From: an uncultured Chloroflexia bacterium
GTDB taxonomy: Bacteria; Chloroflexota; Limnocylindria; Limnocylindrales; CSP1-4
Direction of reading: 5' to 3'
Assembly (NCBI GenBank): GCA_963748625.1
Contig: CAVVJT010000004.1
Coordinates: forward strand, 256,001 to 320,000
DNA: 64,000 bases
Under the pieces are notes generated by a model, which ran no database searches, was not told where the DNA came from, and was given only the letters and a program-made list of their open reading frames with translations. Numbering within the stretch: the first letter of the stretch is position 1; each line of letters begins with the position of its first letter. Made by a program: the position numbers and the translations under genes. Positions 9,886-20,542 of the stretch are shown here, in pieces.

Positions 9886-10173
9886 ATGACCAGCTTCGCC
9901 ACCAACCGCGACGCACGCCCCACGCGGGCCCACACCTTCACGCACGACTCCACGTTCCGAAAGGACACCCACATGTTCTCCGCCGAACTCCGGCTGGCGG
10001 ACATCCGGGAGCAGCACGAGCAGCACCGGTCCATCCGCCACGCCGAGCGCCACAGTTCCAGCCGTGGGCGCTCCATCCGTCACCGCCTCGGCGAGTCGCT
10101 CATGCGGCTCGGCCGCCGGATCGGTGGCGAGACACTGACCGACAACCTGACCACCCCGGCGTGGCAGGGATGA
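9886..10173 (+). CDS. Small His/Arg-rich hypothetical protein (alternative start 9973)
   Basis: Strong SD AAAGGAGGT before ATG 9886; C-terminal RHRLGESLMRLGRRIGG helix. Confidence 0.65.
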   Translation: MTSFATNRDARPTRAHTFTHDSTFRKDTHMFSAELRLADIREQHEQHRSIRHAERHSSSRGRSIRHRLGESLMRLGRRIGGETLTDNLTTPAWQG

Positions 10174-10254
10174 GCCCCACGCTCGTCCCCGCCACGTCCC
10201 CACCCCAGGCCCGGCACAGAGCCGGGCCGGGGGCCCTCCGCAAAGGATCGAACC

Positions 10255-11058
10255 GTGGCCTTGCTCACTCATGAGCTGAGGGCGTCCTACGCCTTCGTCG
10301 AACGCAACTTCTTCCTCACGCGCCGGTACTGGGGGTGGGAGCTGGCCTTCCTCGTCTACTCCGTCGCGGGCGCGCTCTCGATCAGCCTGATCGGCGCCGC
10401 GGAGGGGAACGAGCGGCTGCTGCTCACCCTCATCATCGGCGCGGTCTTCTGGAACTACCTCTCCGTCGTCTTCTCCTGGATCGCCGAGACGATCGCGGTG
10501 GAGCGCTGGGAGGGCACGCTCGAATACACCTTCATGGCGCCGGTCCGGCGCTGGACCCAGCTGCTCGGCTCCTGCACGTACGCAATGGGCTACGGCCTGG
10601 TCCACACGGCGGCGATGCTGGTCGTGCTCACGATCTTCTACCGGGGCCTGAACCTCTCGGTCGACAACGTGGCGACCGCGGCGGTCTTCGTGCTCCTTGG
10701 CTCCTTCAGCTTCGTCGGCATCGGGATGATGGCGGCCATCCTGCCGTTGCTCTACGTGGAGCGCGGCGCGCAGATGACGTTCGTCATCCAGTCCTGCCTT
10801 CTGCTCATCTCGGGGGTCTACTACCCGGTCGAGGTGCTGCCGCAGTGGATGCAGGTGCTGTCGGCGTTCTCACCCGCGACGTACGTCCTCGACGGCGTCC
10901 GGGCCGCCATGCTCGACGATGTGCCGCTCACGGCGCTCGTGGGCGACATCGTGCCGCTGATCGTGATGGGCTTCGTGTTCATCCCGCTCGGTATCTGGGC
11001 CTTCGGGCGGGCCGAGCGGTACGCGAAGCGCACCGGCAAGCTCAAGCGGGTCGGGTGA
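10255..11058 (+). CDS. ABC-2 permease
   Basis: ERWEGTLE and SGVYYPVEVLPQWMQ motifs, six TM helices; true start may be ATG 10170 with a frameshift. Confidence 0.9.
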   Translation: MALLTHELRASYAFVERNFFLTRRYWGWELAFLVYSVAGALSISLIGAAEGNERLLLTLIIGAVFWNYLSVVFSWIAETIAVERWEGTLEYTFMAPVRRWTQLLGSCTYAMGYGLVHTAAMLVVLTIFYRGLNLSVDNVATAAVFVLLGSFSFVGIGMMAAILPLLYVERGAQMTFVIQSCLLLISGVYYPVEVLPQWMQVLSAFSPATYVLDGVRAAMLDDVPLTALVGDIVPLIVMGFVFIPLGIWAFGRAERYAKRTGKLKRVG

Positions 11059-12194
11059 TGGCGACGATGCTCCCCCACCCCGCCCTCACCTCCCTCGGCT
11101 GGGACCCGCGCTGGGCCGCCGCCTTCGAGCCGTTCCACGCGGCCGGCTGGCGACCCGCCCGGGTCACCGCCGCGCACCGCGACCGCTGGGTCGTGGCGCT
11201 CCCGTCCGGTGATCGCGACGCCGTGATCTCCGGGCGCCTGCGCCACGACGCGCTCGGCCCGGGCGACCTGCCCGCCGTCGGCGACTGGGTGGCCGCGTCC
11301 GGCGCGGGTACCGGAGCCGATGACGGCGAGGCCTGGACCACCGTGATCCAGGCCGTCGTCCCCCGCCGCTCCGCGTTCCGCCGCAGCGCCGGAGAGGAAC
11401 GGCTGGCCGGGAACCTCTCGTCCGAGCAGGTCCTTGCCGCCAACGTGGATGTGGCGTTCGTCGTCGCGGGCCTCGACGGCGACTTCAACCTGCGGCGACT
11501 CGAGCGCTACCTCGCCGTCGCCTGGAGCGGCGGTGCGACGCCCGTGATCCTGCTCAACAAGGCCGATGTCGCGGACGACCCCGGCAGCCTCCGAGTGGCG
11601 GCCGAGGCGATCGCACCCGGCGTCGAGGTGCGGACGGTGTCCGCGCTCACCGGCGAGGGCGTGGAGGCACTCGGTGGGGACCACCTCGCACGGGGACGGA
11701 CCGCGGTCCTCCTCGGCTCGTCGGGCGTGGGCAAGTCCACCCTGGTCAATGCGCTCGTGGGTGCCGAGCGCCAGCGCACCGCTGCCGTCCGCGAGGACGA
11801 CGCCCGTGGCCGGCACACGACCACGCACCGCGAGCTCATCCGGCTGCCGGGTGGTGCGCTCCTGATTGACACTCCGGGTATCAGGTCGCTCGGTGTGGCG
11901 GGCGCCTGGGAAGGCATCGACAGCGCGTTCGCCGACATCGACAGGCTCGCCGCGTCCTGCCGCTTCGGCGACTGCTCACATGATGGCGAGCCAAGCTGCG
12001 AGGTCCGGGCCGCGCTCGACGACGGGCGCCTCGCCCCGGAGCGGTTCGCCAGCTACCGCAAGCTCGAGCGTGAGGCGGCCCACGTCGCGCGCTCCAATGA
12101 CGCGCTCCTGCGGATCGCCGAGCGCAAGAAGTGGAAGTCCATCCACCAGTCCGTGAAGATCCACATGGACCACAAGTACGGGAGCGAGCGATGA
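11058..12194 (+). CDS. rsgA: Ribosome small subunit-dependent GTPase A
   Basis: PAVGDWV, NKAD, GSSGVGKST, GRHTTT, DTPG and Zn finger CRFGDCSHDGEPSC. Confidence 0.93.
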   Translation: MATMLPHPALTSLGWDPRWAAAFEPFHAAGWRPARVTAAHRDRWVVALPSGDRDAVISGRLRHDALGPGDLPAVGDWVAASGAGTGADDGEAWTTVIQAVVPRRSAFRRSAGEERLAGNLSSEQVLAANVDVAFVVAGLDGDFNLRRLERYLAVAWSGGATPVILLNKADVADDPGSLRVAAEAIAPGVEVRTVSALTGEGVEALGGDHLARGRTAVLLGSSGVGKSTLVNALVGAERQRTAAVREDDARGRHTTTHRELIRLPGGALLIDTPGIRSLGVAGAWEGIDSAFADIDRLAASCRFGDCSHDGEPSCEVRAALDDGRLAPERFASYRKLEREAAHVARSNDALLRIAERKKWKSIHQSVKIHMDHKYGSER

Positions 12195-13210
12195 CCTCGA
12201 CCGTGATGCCGGCCCTGCCGCCGGCGGACGTGGCGCACTCGGTCGTCTACCGCCACTATCAGGGGCCGGGTGAGCTGCCCGGGATGATGGAGGCGAACCG
12301 GCGCCTGCGGACCCTGTGCGGGATCCTCGAGCCGATCGACATGGCGTCGATCGAGCACCGCTACAGCCACCTGGTCAACTCCGACCCGCTCGTGGACTGC
12401 ATCGTGGTCACGCGGGACGGCGAGACGGTGGGGTATGCGCGCGTTGAGTGGCACAACCTGGTCGACGGCGACCGCATGTACGACCACACCATGGTCGTGG
12501 CGCCGGACGCCTGGGGTCTGGGCATCACCGATGCCCTGCTCGAATGGTGCGAGGGCCGTCAGCGGCAGATCGCCGAGGGCCACATCGACGGCCGGCGCGG
12601 CTGGCTCTCGACGTTCCTGTTCAACGGCGACGTCGAGGGCCATGCGGCCTTCGAACGCACGGGTATGAGATCGTCCGGCTCGGCGCGGACATGCTCCGGC
12701 CGGACCTCGAGCGATCTGCCTCCGGTCGTCGTGCCGGACGGCTACGTGCTCCGGACACCGGCGGCCGAGGAGCTGCCAGCTGTCCACGCGATGAACCTCG
12801 AGGCGTTCCGCGATCACTGGGGCGAGCCGGAGGACCAGGGGGAGGACTCGCTTGGCGAGTGGATCGAGGATCCCCGCTTCGCACTCGACCTTGTCGCCGT
12901 CGCGTGGCACGCGGGACAGCCTGCGTGCATGGTGGGCGGCATGCTCGAGCCGCAGGCCGACGGGTCGATCCGGGGCTATGTCTCCTCGGTGGGGACGCAG
13001 CCGCAGCACCGGCGGCGGGGCCTGGCGCGGGCGATGCTGACCGAGGTGCTGCACCGCCTGCGGGACGCCGGTGCCACCAGTGCGTATCTCGGCGTCGACG
13101 CGCAGAATCAGCGCGCATTCACCCTGTACGAGGAGCTCGGCTTCCACAAGGAGGGCACCGAGACAACGTGGCGCAAGCCGCTCCGGGCCGGAGAGGGACC
13201 AATGGCATGA
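12191..13210 (+). CDS. Tandem-GNAT acetyltransferase (compensating frameshifts at about 12660-12710)
   Basis: VAPDAWGLG and VGTQPQHRRRGLARAML...LGVDAQN...LYEELGF; the expected GYEIVRLGADMLRPDL lies in a shifted frame. Confidence 0.8.
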   Translation: MTSTVMPALPPADVAHSVVYRHYQGPGELPGMMEANRRLRTLCGILEPIDMASIEHRYSHLVNSDPLVDCIVVTRDGETVGYARVEWHNLVDGDRMYDHTMVVAPDAWGLGITDALLEWCEGRQRQIAEGHIDGRRGWLSTFLFNGDVEGHAAFERTGMRSSGSARTCSGRTSSDLPPVVVPDGYVLRTPAAEELPAVHAMNLEAFRDHWGEPEDQGEDSLGEWIEDPRFALDLVAVAWHAGQPACMVGGMLEPQADGSIRGYVSSVGTQPQHRRRGLARAMLTEVLHRLRDAGATSAYLGVDAQNQRAFTLYEELGFHKEGTETTWRKPLRAGEGPMA

Positions 13211-14220
13211 GCATGGTGATCGACGGATCAGCCGTCACCTATCGGACGGGCACCGCGGCCGACTGGGACGCGATCGCCGCGATCGTCAACGCCGCGCGCA
13301 GAGCCGACGACCTCGCCGAGGTCCGCACCGGCGAGAGCATGGCCGACGAGTACCGGGACACGGACTTCTTCCGGCTGGCCCGTGACTCGTTGCTGGCTGA
13401 GATCGATGGCCGGGTGGTCGCCTGGAGCAGCGGGTACCTGACCGTGCGTGATGGCGTGCTGATGGGTGAGACGCACGGCGACGTGCATCCGGACTGGCGC
13501 CGGCGGGGTATCGGCGGGTCGCTGATGGACCGCCATCACCAGCGGCTTGCCGCGCTGGCGGCCGTCGACCCCCGGCCCGGCCCCCGTGAGCTCCGGACGT
13601 ACTGCATGGAGGTGGAGGCGGGCGATCTCGCGCTGCTCCGCAGTCGCGGGTACGTCCCGGTGCGGTTCGGGTTCGAGATGCGGCGGTTCCTCACCGGCGC
13701 CCTGCCGGAGATCCCAGTGCCCGACGGCCTGGTGGTGCGGCCACCCACGGAGGCCGAGTACCGGACCGTCTTCGACGCGGACGATGAGGCCTTCGGGGAC
13801 CACTGGGGCCACCGGGCTGCGGACGAGGCCGACTTCCAGGCCCGCTTCTACGGCGTCGAGATGGACCCTTCGCTGTACCTCGTGGCATGGGACGGCGACC
13901 AGGTCGCGGGCGTGGTGATGAACGCGATCTTCGCCGAGGAGAACGCGGAGATCGGCGTGCAGCGCGGCTGGCTGGAACACGTCTCCGTCCGGCGTCCGTG
14001 GCGGGGTCGGGGTGTCGCGAAGGCCCTGTGCGCGGCGTCCTTCCGGCTGCTCCGTGACAAGGGCATCGACGAGGCCTGGCTGGGCGTGGACGCGGCGAAC
14101 CCGACCGGCGCCCTGCAGTTGTACGAGGGCCTCGGGTTCGGCACGGTCAGGCGCTGGTTCGCCTACGGACGCCCGATGGACCGCGATGCGCCCGACGGCT
14201 GGCAGAGCGGCCAGCCCTGA
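13207..14220 (+). CDS. Tandem-GNAT acetyltransferase
   Basis: VHPDWRRRGIG and VRRPWRGRGVA...LGVDAANPTGALQLYEGLGF; ATGA overlap with the previous gene. Confidence 0.88.
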   Translation: MSMVIDGSAVTYRTGTAADWDAIAAIVNAARRADDLAEVRTGESMADEYRDTDFFRLARDSLLAEIDGRVVAWSSGYLTVRDGVLMGETHGDVHPDWRRRGIGGSLMDRHHQRLAALAAVDPRPGPRELRTYCMEVEAGDLALLRSRGYVPVRFGFEMRRFLTGALPEIPVPDGLVVRPPTEAEYRTVFDADDEAFGDHWGHRAADEADFQARFYGVEMDPSLYLVAWDGDQVAGVVMNAIFAEENAEIGVQRGWLEHVSVRRPWRGRGVAKALCAASFRLLRDKGIDEAWLGVDAANPTGALQLYEGLGFGTVRRWFAYGRPMDRDAPDGWQSGQP

Positions 14221-14243
14221 CGGGTGGACATGGAGGAGGAACC

Positions 14244-14627
14244 GTGAGCAGGACCGCCATCACTGCCGCCGGCGCCGTTGCCGTCGGCCCGTACTCGCAC
14301 GGGATCGCGAGCGGCGGGTTCGTCTTCCTGTCGGGCCAGACCCCGCTGGATCCCGCGACGGGAAGGCTGGTCGATGGGGACATCGCCGCGCAGACAGGCC
14401 AGTGCCTCGCGAACCTCGGGGCGGTGCTGGCGGGTGCCGGCCTGGACAGTTCCGATGTGGTCGAATGCCACGTGTTCCTGGTGGACATGTCGGACTTCGC
14501 CGCCATGAACGCGGTGTACGCCGAGCACTTCACCGAGCCCTACCCGGCCCGGACCACGATCGGCGTGGCGGCGCTCCCGCTCGGAGCCCGGGTGGAGATC
14601 AGGCTGGTGGCGCGGGCGCGCGCATGA
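14244..14627 (+). CDS. RidA family enamine/imine deaminase
   Basis: GPYSHG, SGQTPLDP, FAAMNAVY and PARTTIGVAALPLGARVEI. Confidence 0.9.
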   Translation: MSRTAITAAGAVAVGPYSHGIASGGFVFLSGQTPLDPATGRLVDGDIAAQTGQCLANLGAVLAGAGLDSSDVVECHVFLVDMSDFAAMNAVYAEHFTEPYPARTTIGVAALPLGARVEIRLVARARA

Positions 14628-14683
14628 GGCGCCGTGACACCGCTCCCGCCGGGCGCCCGCTGCGGGAGGGCCGCCGGTCTATT

Positions 14684-14886
14684 CCCGCGGGGATGAAATC
14701 GCCGATCTATCCGTGTGGGGATGGACCCGGGGGTGACCGTGCAGGGCTCGGACCATGAACCCGGGTTCGGTGCGTGACCCCTGCACACCGTGGGCGGATT
14801 TCATTCCCACGGGTGCTTGGATTGTTGGCCGATTCGATCCGCGCAGGAATGGATCGCGGGATCTAGCCACGCGCAGGAATGGATCG
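14684..14886. repeat. Inverted-repeat element plus related direct repeats
   Basis: CCCGCGGGGATGAAATC (14684-14700) / GATTTCATTCCCACGGG (14797-14813), 15/17; inner stem GTGCAGGG/CCCTGCAC; CGCGCAGGAATGGATCG at 14840 and 14870. Confidence 0.6.
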
Positions 14887-14919
14887 TGGAACCTGTCCCC
14901 GTGGAGCCTGTCGACGGCG

Positions 14920-15011
14920 ACGGTGTCGCCGGGTGGCGGCTGAACTGCGCCACCCGCAACCTGCTCAACCTCTGGCGCAGCCGCCTGGACCGCGGTCCTG
15001 ACAGGCCATGA
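14920..15011 (+). pseudogene. Transposase C-terminal remnant (IS1182-like)
   Basis: Translates GWRLNCATRNLLNLWRSR, resembling the EWxLxCxxHNLLKLWR tail of IS1182-family transposases (recognised from memory). Confidence 0.4.
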
Positions 15012-15115
15012 GGACCCGGGGTCCGGCGCTGGGCCGCAGGGCCGCAGCCGGCCTGAGGCCAGCGGGGTCGGACACCGAACCTCAAGCCGGGACGGAGCCC
15101 AGCCCGTCGTCCGGA

Positions 15116-15754
15116 TCAGAACGGGAGCCGGCGCTGGTCGCGGACCATCTCCATCCACTGGCGCTCGCGGCCGATCGTCGTCGGGGCGCCGTGCCCGGGC
15201 AGCACCTTCAGTGAATCGTCCAGGCGGGTGAGCCGCGCGATGGACTCCACCATCAGCTCCGGGGAGCCACCCGGCAGGTCCACCCGCCCCCACCCGTCGG
15301 GGAACAGCGTGTCGCCGCTGTAGAGCGCGCCGTTCTCGCGGTCGAGCAGGCAGACCGAGCCCTCTGTGTGGCCCGGCGTGTGCATGACCTCGAGGCGAAT
15401 GCTGCCGATGCGCACCTCACCGCCCTCGGCAAGCTCCACGGCGGGCACACACGCCGGGATATCGAAGGGTGAGAACAGCGGCTCGGGCTTGATGAGCCGG
15501 TAGGCGTCAGCAGGGTGGACGGCGATCTGCGCACCCGTGTGCTCGGCGAGGGCCGCGTTGTCGCCCATGTGGTCCCAGTGGCCGTGCGTGGTGACGATCA
15601 GCTTGAGCGTCCAGCCGCGCCGCTCCAGCTCGTCTGCGACCAGGGCGACGCACGGGATTGCGGTGTCGATCGCGATCGCCTCGCGGGTGGCCGGGTCCGC
15701 CAGCAGGTACAGGTTGGTCTTCAGCGGCCCGATGACCGCGCTGAGGTGCTCCAT
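15116..15754 (-). CDS. MBL-fold metallo-hydrolase (glyoxalase II-like)
   Basis: THGHWDH, HTPGHT, SGDTLF and PGHG. Confidence 0.9.
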   Translation of the reverse strand: MEHLSAVIGPLKTNLYLLADPATREAIAIDTAIPCVALVADELERRGWTLKLIVTTHGHWDHMGDNAALAEHTGAQIAVHPADAYRLIKPEPLFSPFDIPACVPAVELAEGGEVRIGSIRLEVMHTPGHTEGSVCLLDRENGALYSGDTLFPDGWGRVDLPGGSPELMVESIARLTRLDDSLKVLPGHGAPTTIGRERQWMEMVRDQRRLPF

Positions 15755-15881
15755 CGTCCGCGGAGTGTCGCACGGCCGCCCCAAATCGGGCCGGTTTCGA
15801 CGGAGGTCGCCTGAAGCGGGGACGTCCGGCCCTCGCACGAGCAGGAACACGCGTGCATGCTCCGCGATGGAGGTGGTCGCA

Positions 15882-16127
15882 ATGACGGCCCCAATTCGCA
15901 TCAAGGCCAGCATCACGCCCTGGGACGACACAGAGTTTGTGCGGACCTTCGAGCGGGCACGCGACGAGGTCCACCAGACGGCGGACCCGGACGGGCCGAA
16001 GGCCGGCGCGTTTGTCCAGCACCGGCTCCGCGAGGCAGGCTACGCCAACGCCACCGTTGACGTCATCCGCACCGTGGCCGAGGCGCTCGAGCACACGTCC
16101 CACTGGCTCGTCCGCCGCGACGGCTGA
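15882..16127 (+). CDS. Hypothetical protein (81 aa)
   Basis: GGAGGT SD before ATG 15882; protein-like composition. Confidence 0.6.
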   Translation: MTAPIRIKASITPWDDTEFVRTFERARDEVHQTADPDGPKAGAFVQHRLREAGYANATVDVIRTVAEALEHTSHWLVRRDG

Positions 16128-16277
16128 ACACCGCCCGCGCGCCACGCCGGACCGCCGTGACCGCGGTCCACTTCGGTGCGCCGCGATCCTCGCGGGGAAC
16201 CCGTCCGGATCAGCCCGCCTCGAGCTTGGCCCTGGTGCAGGCGGACGCCTGGCCGATCAGCCTGTCCGTGGTGCTGC

Positions 16278-17790
16278 CTACGGAGCCCCGAGGCGGTGGG
16301 ACGCGGTCTGGATCTTGCGCAGCAGGCGATCACCGCCACCCGATGCGGCCAGCAGGTTGAGCTGGGAGTTGTCCACCACCACGGTGGGCCGGAGCGAGAC
16401 CTGGACGAGATCACTGCCCACGAACGTGGCCTCGACCATGATCCCCTCCTGCGTGCGCTCGTCATGGTTCAGGTCGAACAGGAGGTCGCCCATCGACCAG
16501 ACGACGAGCCGGTCTCCCCGCCGCAGGTTCATGCGGACCCGCCCAGTGGGAGTGGTTGCCGAGGATCACGTCCACCCCGGCATCGAGCACCTCACGCGCG
16601 AACGTCCGCTGCTGGCTGGTGGTGCCGTCGATGTACTCCGCGCCCCAGTGCGGCATGACGATCACGACGTCAGCGCCCGCGATCCGGGCCGCCTGCACGT
16701 CGCGGCGCATGACCCGCACCGACAGCGGCGCCGCGCCGGCCGTGGTGGACGTTGCGTTGCCGGCTCCGATCCCGTTGTAGCCCAGGAGTGCCACGCGTTG
16801 CCCGGCCACCGTGAACCATGCTGGCCGCCGTGCCGCGGCGAGATCACGACCCGCACCGAAGTGCTTGAGGCCCACATCGTCAAGGTTCGCCACCGTCTGG
16901 CGGACGCCTGACGCGCCGCCGTTGCGGATGTGGTTGTTGGCGAGCGACACGGCGTCGAAGCCGGCGCGGTCGATACCCGGCAGGAGCCCGGGATCCATCG
17001 TGAACACGAGTCCATGCGGGTGCCAGGTGAAATTGTCGGGTGCTGGGCCCTCGAGGTTGGCCACCGCGATGTCCGCACCCTTCACGAGCGCCCGGACCGC
17101 GCCGCGAGTGCCGTCGATGGTCCGTGCACGCATGATCGTCATTCCCGGCCAGCCACAGCAGTAGCGGTCCACGACCTTCGCACGCCCGCCGTTCCACGGG
17201 TAGTCCGCGCCGCGACCCTTGACCACCGCCTCCTCGTAGACCGAGCGCTCCATGTTCAGGTCTCCGCCGGCCACGAGCGTCCACGTGGAAGCCGGCGCGA
17301 AGGATGAGGGCGCCGAACCTGGAGCCTGCGGCACGAGCAGCGGCCACGAGCCGAGATCGCGCAGGCGCTCTGTCCCGAAGAGCGCGACGCCGTTCACGCC
17401 GAGCGCGCGGATCTCCGGCCGGACATCGTCCGCCCGGAGGAGCCCGAGGGCGCCGGGATTGGCGGACACGCCGTCGCGGACGCCGGCGGCCGTCGTCCGG
17501 CGGACGTTCGGGCCGGGGATGACGCCCAGGAAGGCGGCGAGGGATGGCAGGTCCGCGGCGGTCACGTACAACCGCCGTGCGTTCGCTCCCGAGACGATCG
17601 AGCTGAGCGTGGCCCGGGCGATCGAGCGCTCGCTCGACCAGAAGCCGGTCACGGGGACGAGCGGAACCAGGGCCTGGTCGGCTGCCGCGACCGGGCGGGC
17701 CGGGGCGATGGCGGTCAGGACAAGGAACGCGACCACCACGGCTGCAAGCCGCGGACGGCGACGGGTTGGGCGGCGGTCAGGAGCAGGCAT
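16278..17790 (-). CDS. CapA family (PGA biosynthesis-like) secreted metallophosphoesterase; frameshift near 16540
   Basis: GGDLN, ANLEG, SLANNH, HWGAEY and GNHSH; WSMGDLLFD in the second frame. Confidence 0.85.
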
Positions 17791-17885
17791 GTCGCGGACC
17801 GTACCGTGAGCACGACTCCGGAGTGAGTGCCAAAGCGACCATGACCAGTCGACGGACTGCCGGACCCGTCCCCACGGCACCCGCC

Positions 17886-18740
17886 TCAGCGCCCGGGCAC
17901 GGTCCACGTCAGGATCCCCACCGATCCCGCCGGGGGCTGGACCAGCGTCCACCCGCCATCCCGGCGGGTGATCAGGTCGGGGAGGATCGCGCGGAAGTGG
18001 ATGTCCTTCTCGCGGCCCTCGACGATGAACAGCTGGCGCCGCAGCCACGACGTCAGCGCCTCGACCGAGTCGAACGTGCGCGGCGAGCGCTCCACCCGGA
18101 AGACCTCTGTCTGGCGGCCGCGTGCACGCAGCAACGCGACGAGCTCCGGGAGCGCGGGCAGCGGCACCCGCGACTCGCCGTGGACCAGCGGCCACAGTGG
18201 GTCCGCCACCGACGCCGGCGACACGTCGGTGAGCACGGCGAGGCAGCGGGTCCGCGCGGCCGCCTCCATGCCATCGAGGAACGGGCCGATCTGCTCGATG
18301 TCGTAGCCGACGTGGGCGATCATCGCGGTGTCGACCGCCGGCAGCGGGCCCAACTCCTCAAGCGCATCCGGCCACGCCAGCGGCACCATGCGCACGTTGT
18401 CGATCCCGTGCTCGGCCAAGGCCCGTGCGGAGGGCGCGGCGCATCCCCGACGACGGCTCCACCGCGATCACCCGCCGCACGTGGAGCGCCAGCGGCAGCG
18501 CATAGCGACCCGCCCCGGCCCCGATGTCGAGCCAGGACTCGTTCGGGTCGGCGAGCGCCAGCAGCGCGTCGAGTGTGGGCTCGCCGGTGCGGCGCGGATC
18601 GGCCACGAACAGGCCGGCCACCGGCCCGTAGAAGTCATTCACCTGCGTCTCGCGCATCCGCTCGGCTTGCTCGCGGTTGGCGCGCACACGCTCGGCCCAG
18701 GCCTCCTCCAGCGCGGGTGCCGTGGGTCCGACGTGGTCAT
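17886..18740 (-). CDS. Class I SAM-dependent methyltransferase (frameshifted)
   Basis: LDIGAGAGRYA...AVEPS; split over three frames. Confidence 0.75.
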
Positions 18741-19344
18741 GGTGTTCCCTCCCCCGCGGCGAGGAGGTCCGCGGGTGTGTCGATGTCGGGGTTGATGCCG
18801 TCCACATCGACGACGAGGACGAGTTCCGGGTGATCGGCGAGCAGGGGCCCGAGGCCTCGATCGCCGGCCAGAGCCCGGCTGCCAGCGCCCACGCAGAGCG
18901 GAGGACGAGGACGGGGTTGGGGGCAGCATCGGCGGCGTAGCGGGCGCGGACGATCGGCAGGTCGGACCCGGCGGTGCCCGAGGCCGCAGCGACGACCGCG
19001 CGCACGACCTCCGGCCGGAGCGCGGGCTGGTCGCCCAGGACGATGAACGCCGCGTCGGCCTGCGGGACCCATGCGGTCACCCCGTCGAGACCGACGCGCA
19101 GCGACGACGCGAGACCATCCTGCGGGCGCGGGTTGATGACCCGCCGCTCACCTCGCCAGGAGATCCCCGCCTCGATCTCGGCCGCGCTGTCACCCAGGAC
19201 GACGACCACGTGCTCGATTCCGGCTGCGGCAACCGCGTCCAGCACGTGCTGGAGGACGGGACGCCCGTCGAGCGGCGCGAGCAGCTTCTGGGAGCCGAAC
19301 CTGGAGCTCGCACCCGCCGCGAGGACGATGGCGGCAACCTTCAT
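18737..19344 (-). CDS. Molybdenum cofactor nucleotidyltransferase (MocA/NTP_transf_3); frameshift near 18870
   Basis: IVLAAGASSRFGSQKLL, LGDQP, GDRG and DIDTPADL. Confidence 0.85.
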
Positions 19345-20513
19345 GCCAGGCCCTTCGAGATGGCCTTGACCGGGGAAACGCGAGGCTCCTTCGGGCCCTG
19401 CGCCTGCTCCCGCTCCCGGGCAAGGTCCCGCATCGGCCGCCCGGAACCGCCACGCCGCTCGGCGACGATCTCGGCCATGATCGAGAGGGCCGTCTCGGCC
19501 GGGAGCCGCCCACCGAGATCCAGGCCGATCGGACCGCGGAGGCGGTCGACATCCTCGGGCGCAACGCCTGCTTCGATCAGCCTCGCCCGGCGGTCCGCCT
19601 GCGTCTTGCGCGAGCCAACCGCGCCCACGTAGCGGCACCCGCGGGCCAGCGCCTCGACGATCGCCGGCTCGTCGAACTTCACGTCGTGCGTGAGCACCGC
19701 CACGGCATCGGCCCCGCCAAGGCCGATCTCGTCGGCGAGCTCGTCCGGCCAGCCCACGAGGAGGCGGTCCACGTCCGGGAAGCGGGCATCGGTGGCGAAG
19801 GCGGCGCGTCCGTCGATGACGACCGTCTCGTAGCCCAGCTCCTTCGCGACCCGGACCAGCGGGCGTGCAACCTCCACCGCACCCACCACGACCAGGCGCG
19901 GGCGGACCGGGTACGCCTCAACGAACAGCTGTGCCTCGCCCAGGGTGACGGTCCGCGACACGCCCTTGGCAAGGCACTCGCGGGCGACCTCGACCAGGGC
20001 GGCGTCAAGGTCGGCCGCGCCCAGCGTCCCGTCGAGGCGCCCGTCATCGTGCACGACCAGTGGGTCGGCCGGTGCGGCGCCCGGACCCGGCTCGTGGCGT
20101 CCGAACACCGGGGGCGGCGCGTCGGCGGGCAGCCTGGTCACGATGGCCCGACCGTCTCCCCTGCCCTCCCGCGTCTCACGCGCGGCAAGCGCGGCCACCT
20201 CGGGCACGAGCGGCTCGATGAGCACGTCGATCGTGCCGCCACAGGCGAGACCGACGTCCCAGGCCTGCTCGTCGCTGATCCCGTAGCGGATCACCCGGCT
20301 CCGACCATCCTTGCGGGCGGTCCAGATCTCCTCGGCGGCCGCTCCCTCCACGCAGCCACCGGACACGGAGCCCGCAAGACGTCCGTCGTCGGTCACCAGG
20401 AGCACGGCCCCTTCCGGGCGGGGCGCGCTGCCGAACGTCCGGATGACGACCGCCCGGCCCACGCCCGCACCCTCGGCCCGCCAGGCGTCCAGCGTCTGCA
20501 GCAGCTCCTGCAT
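19341..20513 (-). CDS. xdhC: XdhC/CoxF molybdoenzyme accessory protein
   Basis: GSAPRPEGA, GSVSGGCVE, GLACGG, THDVKFD and GPIGLDLGG...PAETALSI. Confidence 0.9.
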   Translation of the reverse strand: MQELLQTLDAWRAEGAGVGRAVVIRTFGSAPRPEGAVLLVTDDGRLAGSVSGGCVEGAAAEEIWTARKDGRSRVIRYGISDEQAWDVGLACGGTIDVLIEPLVPEVAALAARETREGRGDGRAIVTRLPADAPPPVFGRHEPGPGAAPADPLVVHDDGRLDGTLGAADLDAALVEVARECLAKGVSRTVTLGEAQLFVEAYPVRPRLVVVGAVEVARPLVRVAKELGYETVVIDGRAAFATDARFPDVDRLLVGWPDELADEIGLGGADAVAVLTHDVKFDEPAIVEALARGCRYVGAVGSRKTQADRRARLIEAGVAPEDVDRLRGPIGLDLGGRLPAETALSIMAEIVAERRGGSGRPMRDLAREREQAQGPKEPRVSPVKAISKGLA

Positions 20514-20542
20514 GGTGCGTCTCCTCCTCCGGGTCCGGCCCG

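Noticed and set aside
14840-14886. Two 17-bp direct repeats as a mini-CRISPR
   Set aside because: The spacer is only 13 bp, there are two copies and no cas genes.
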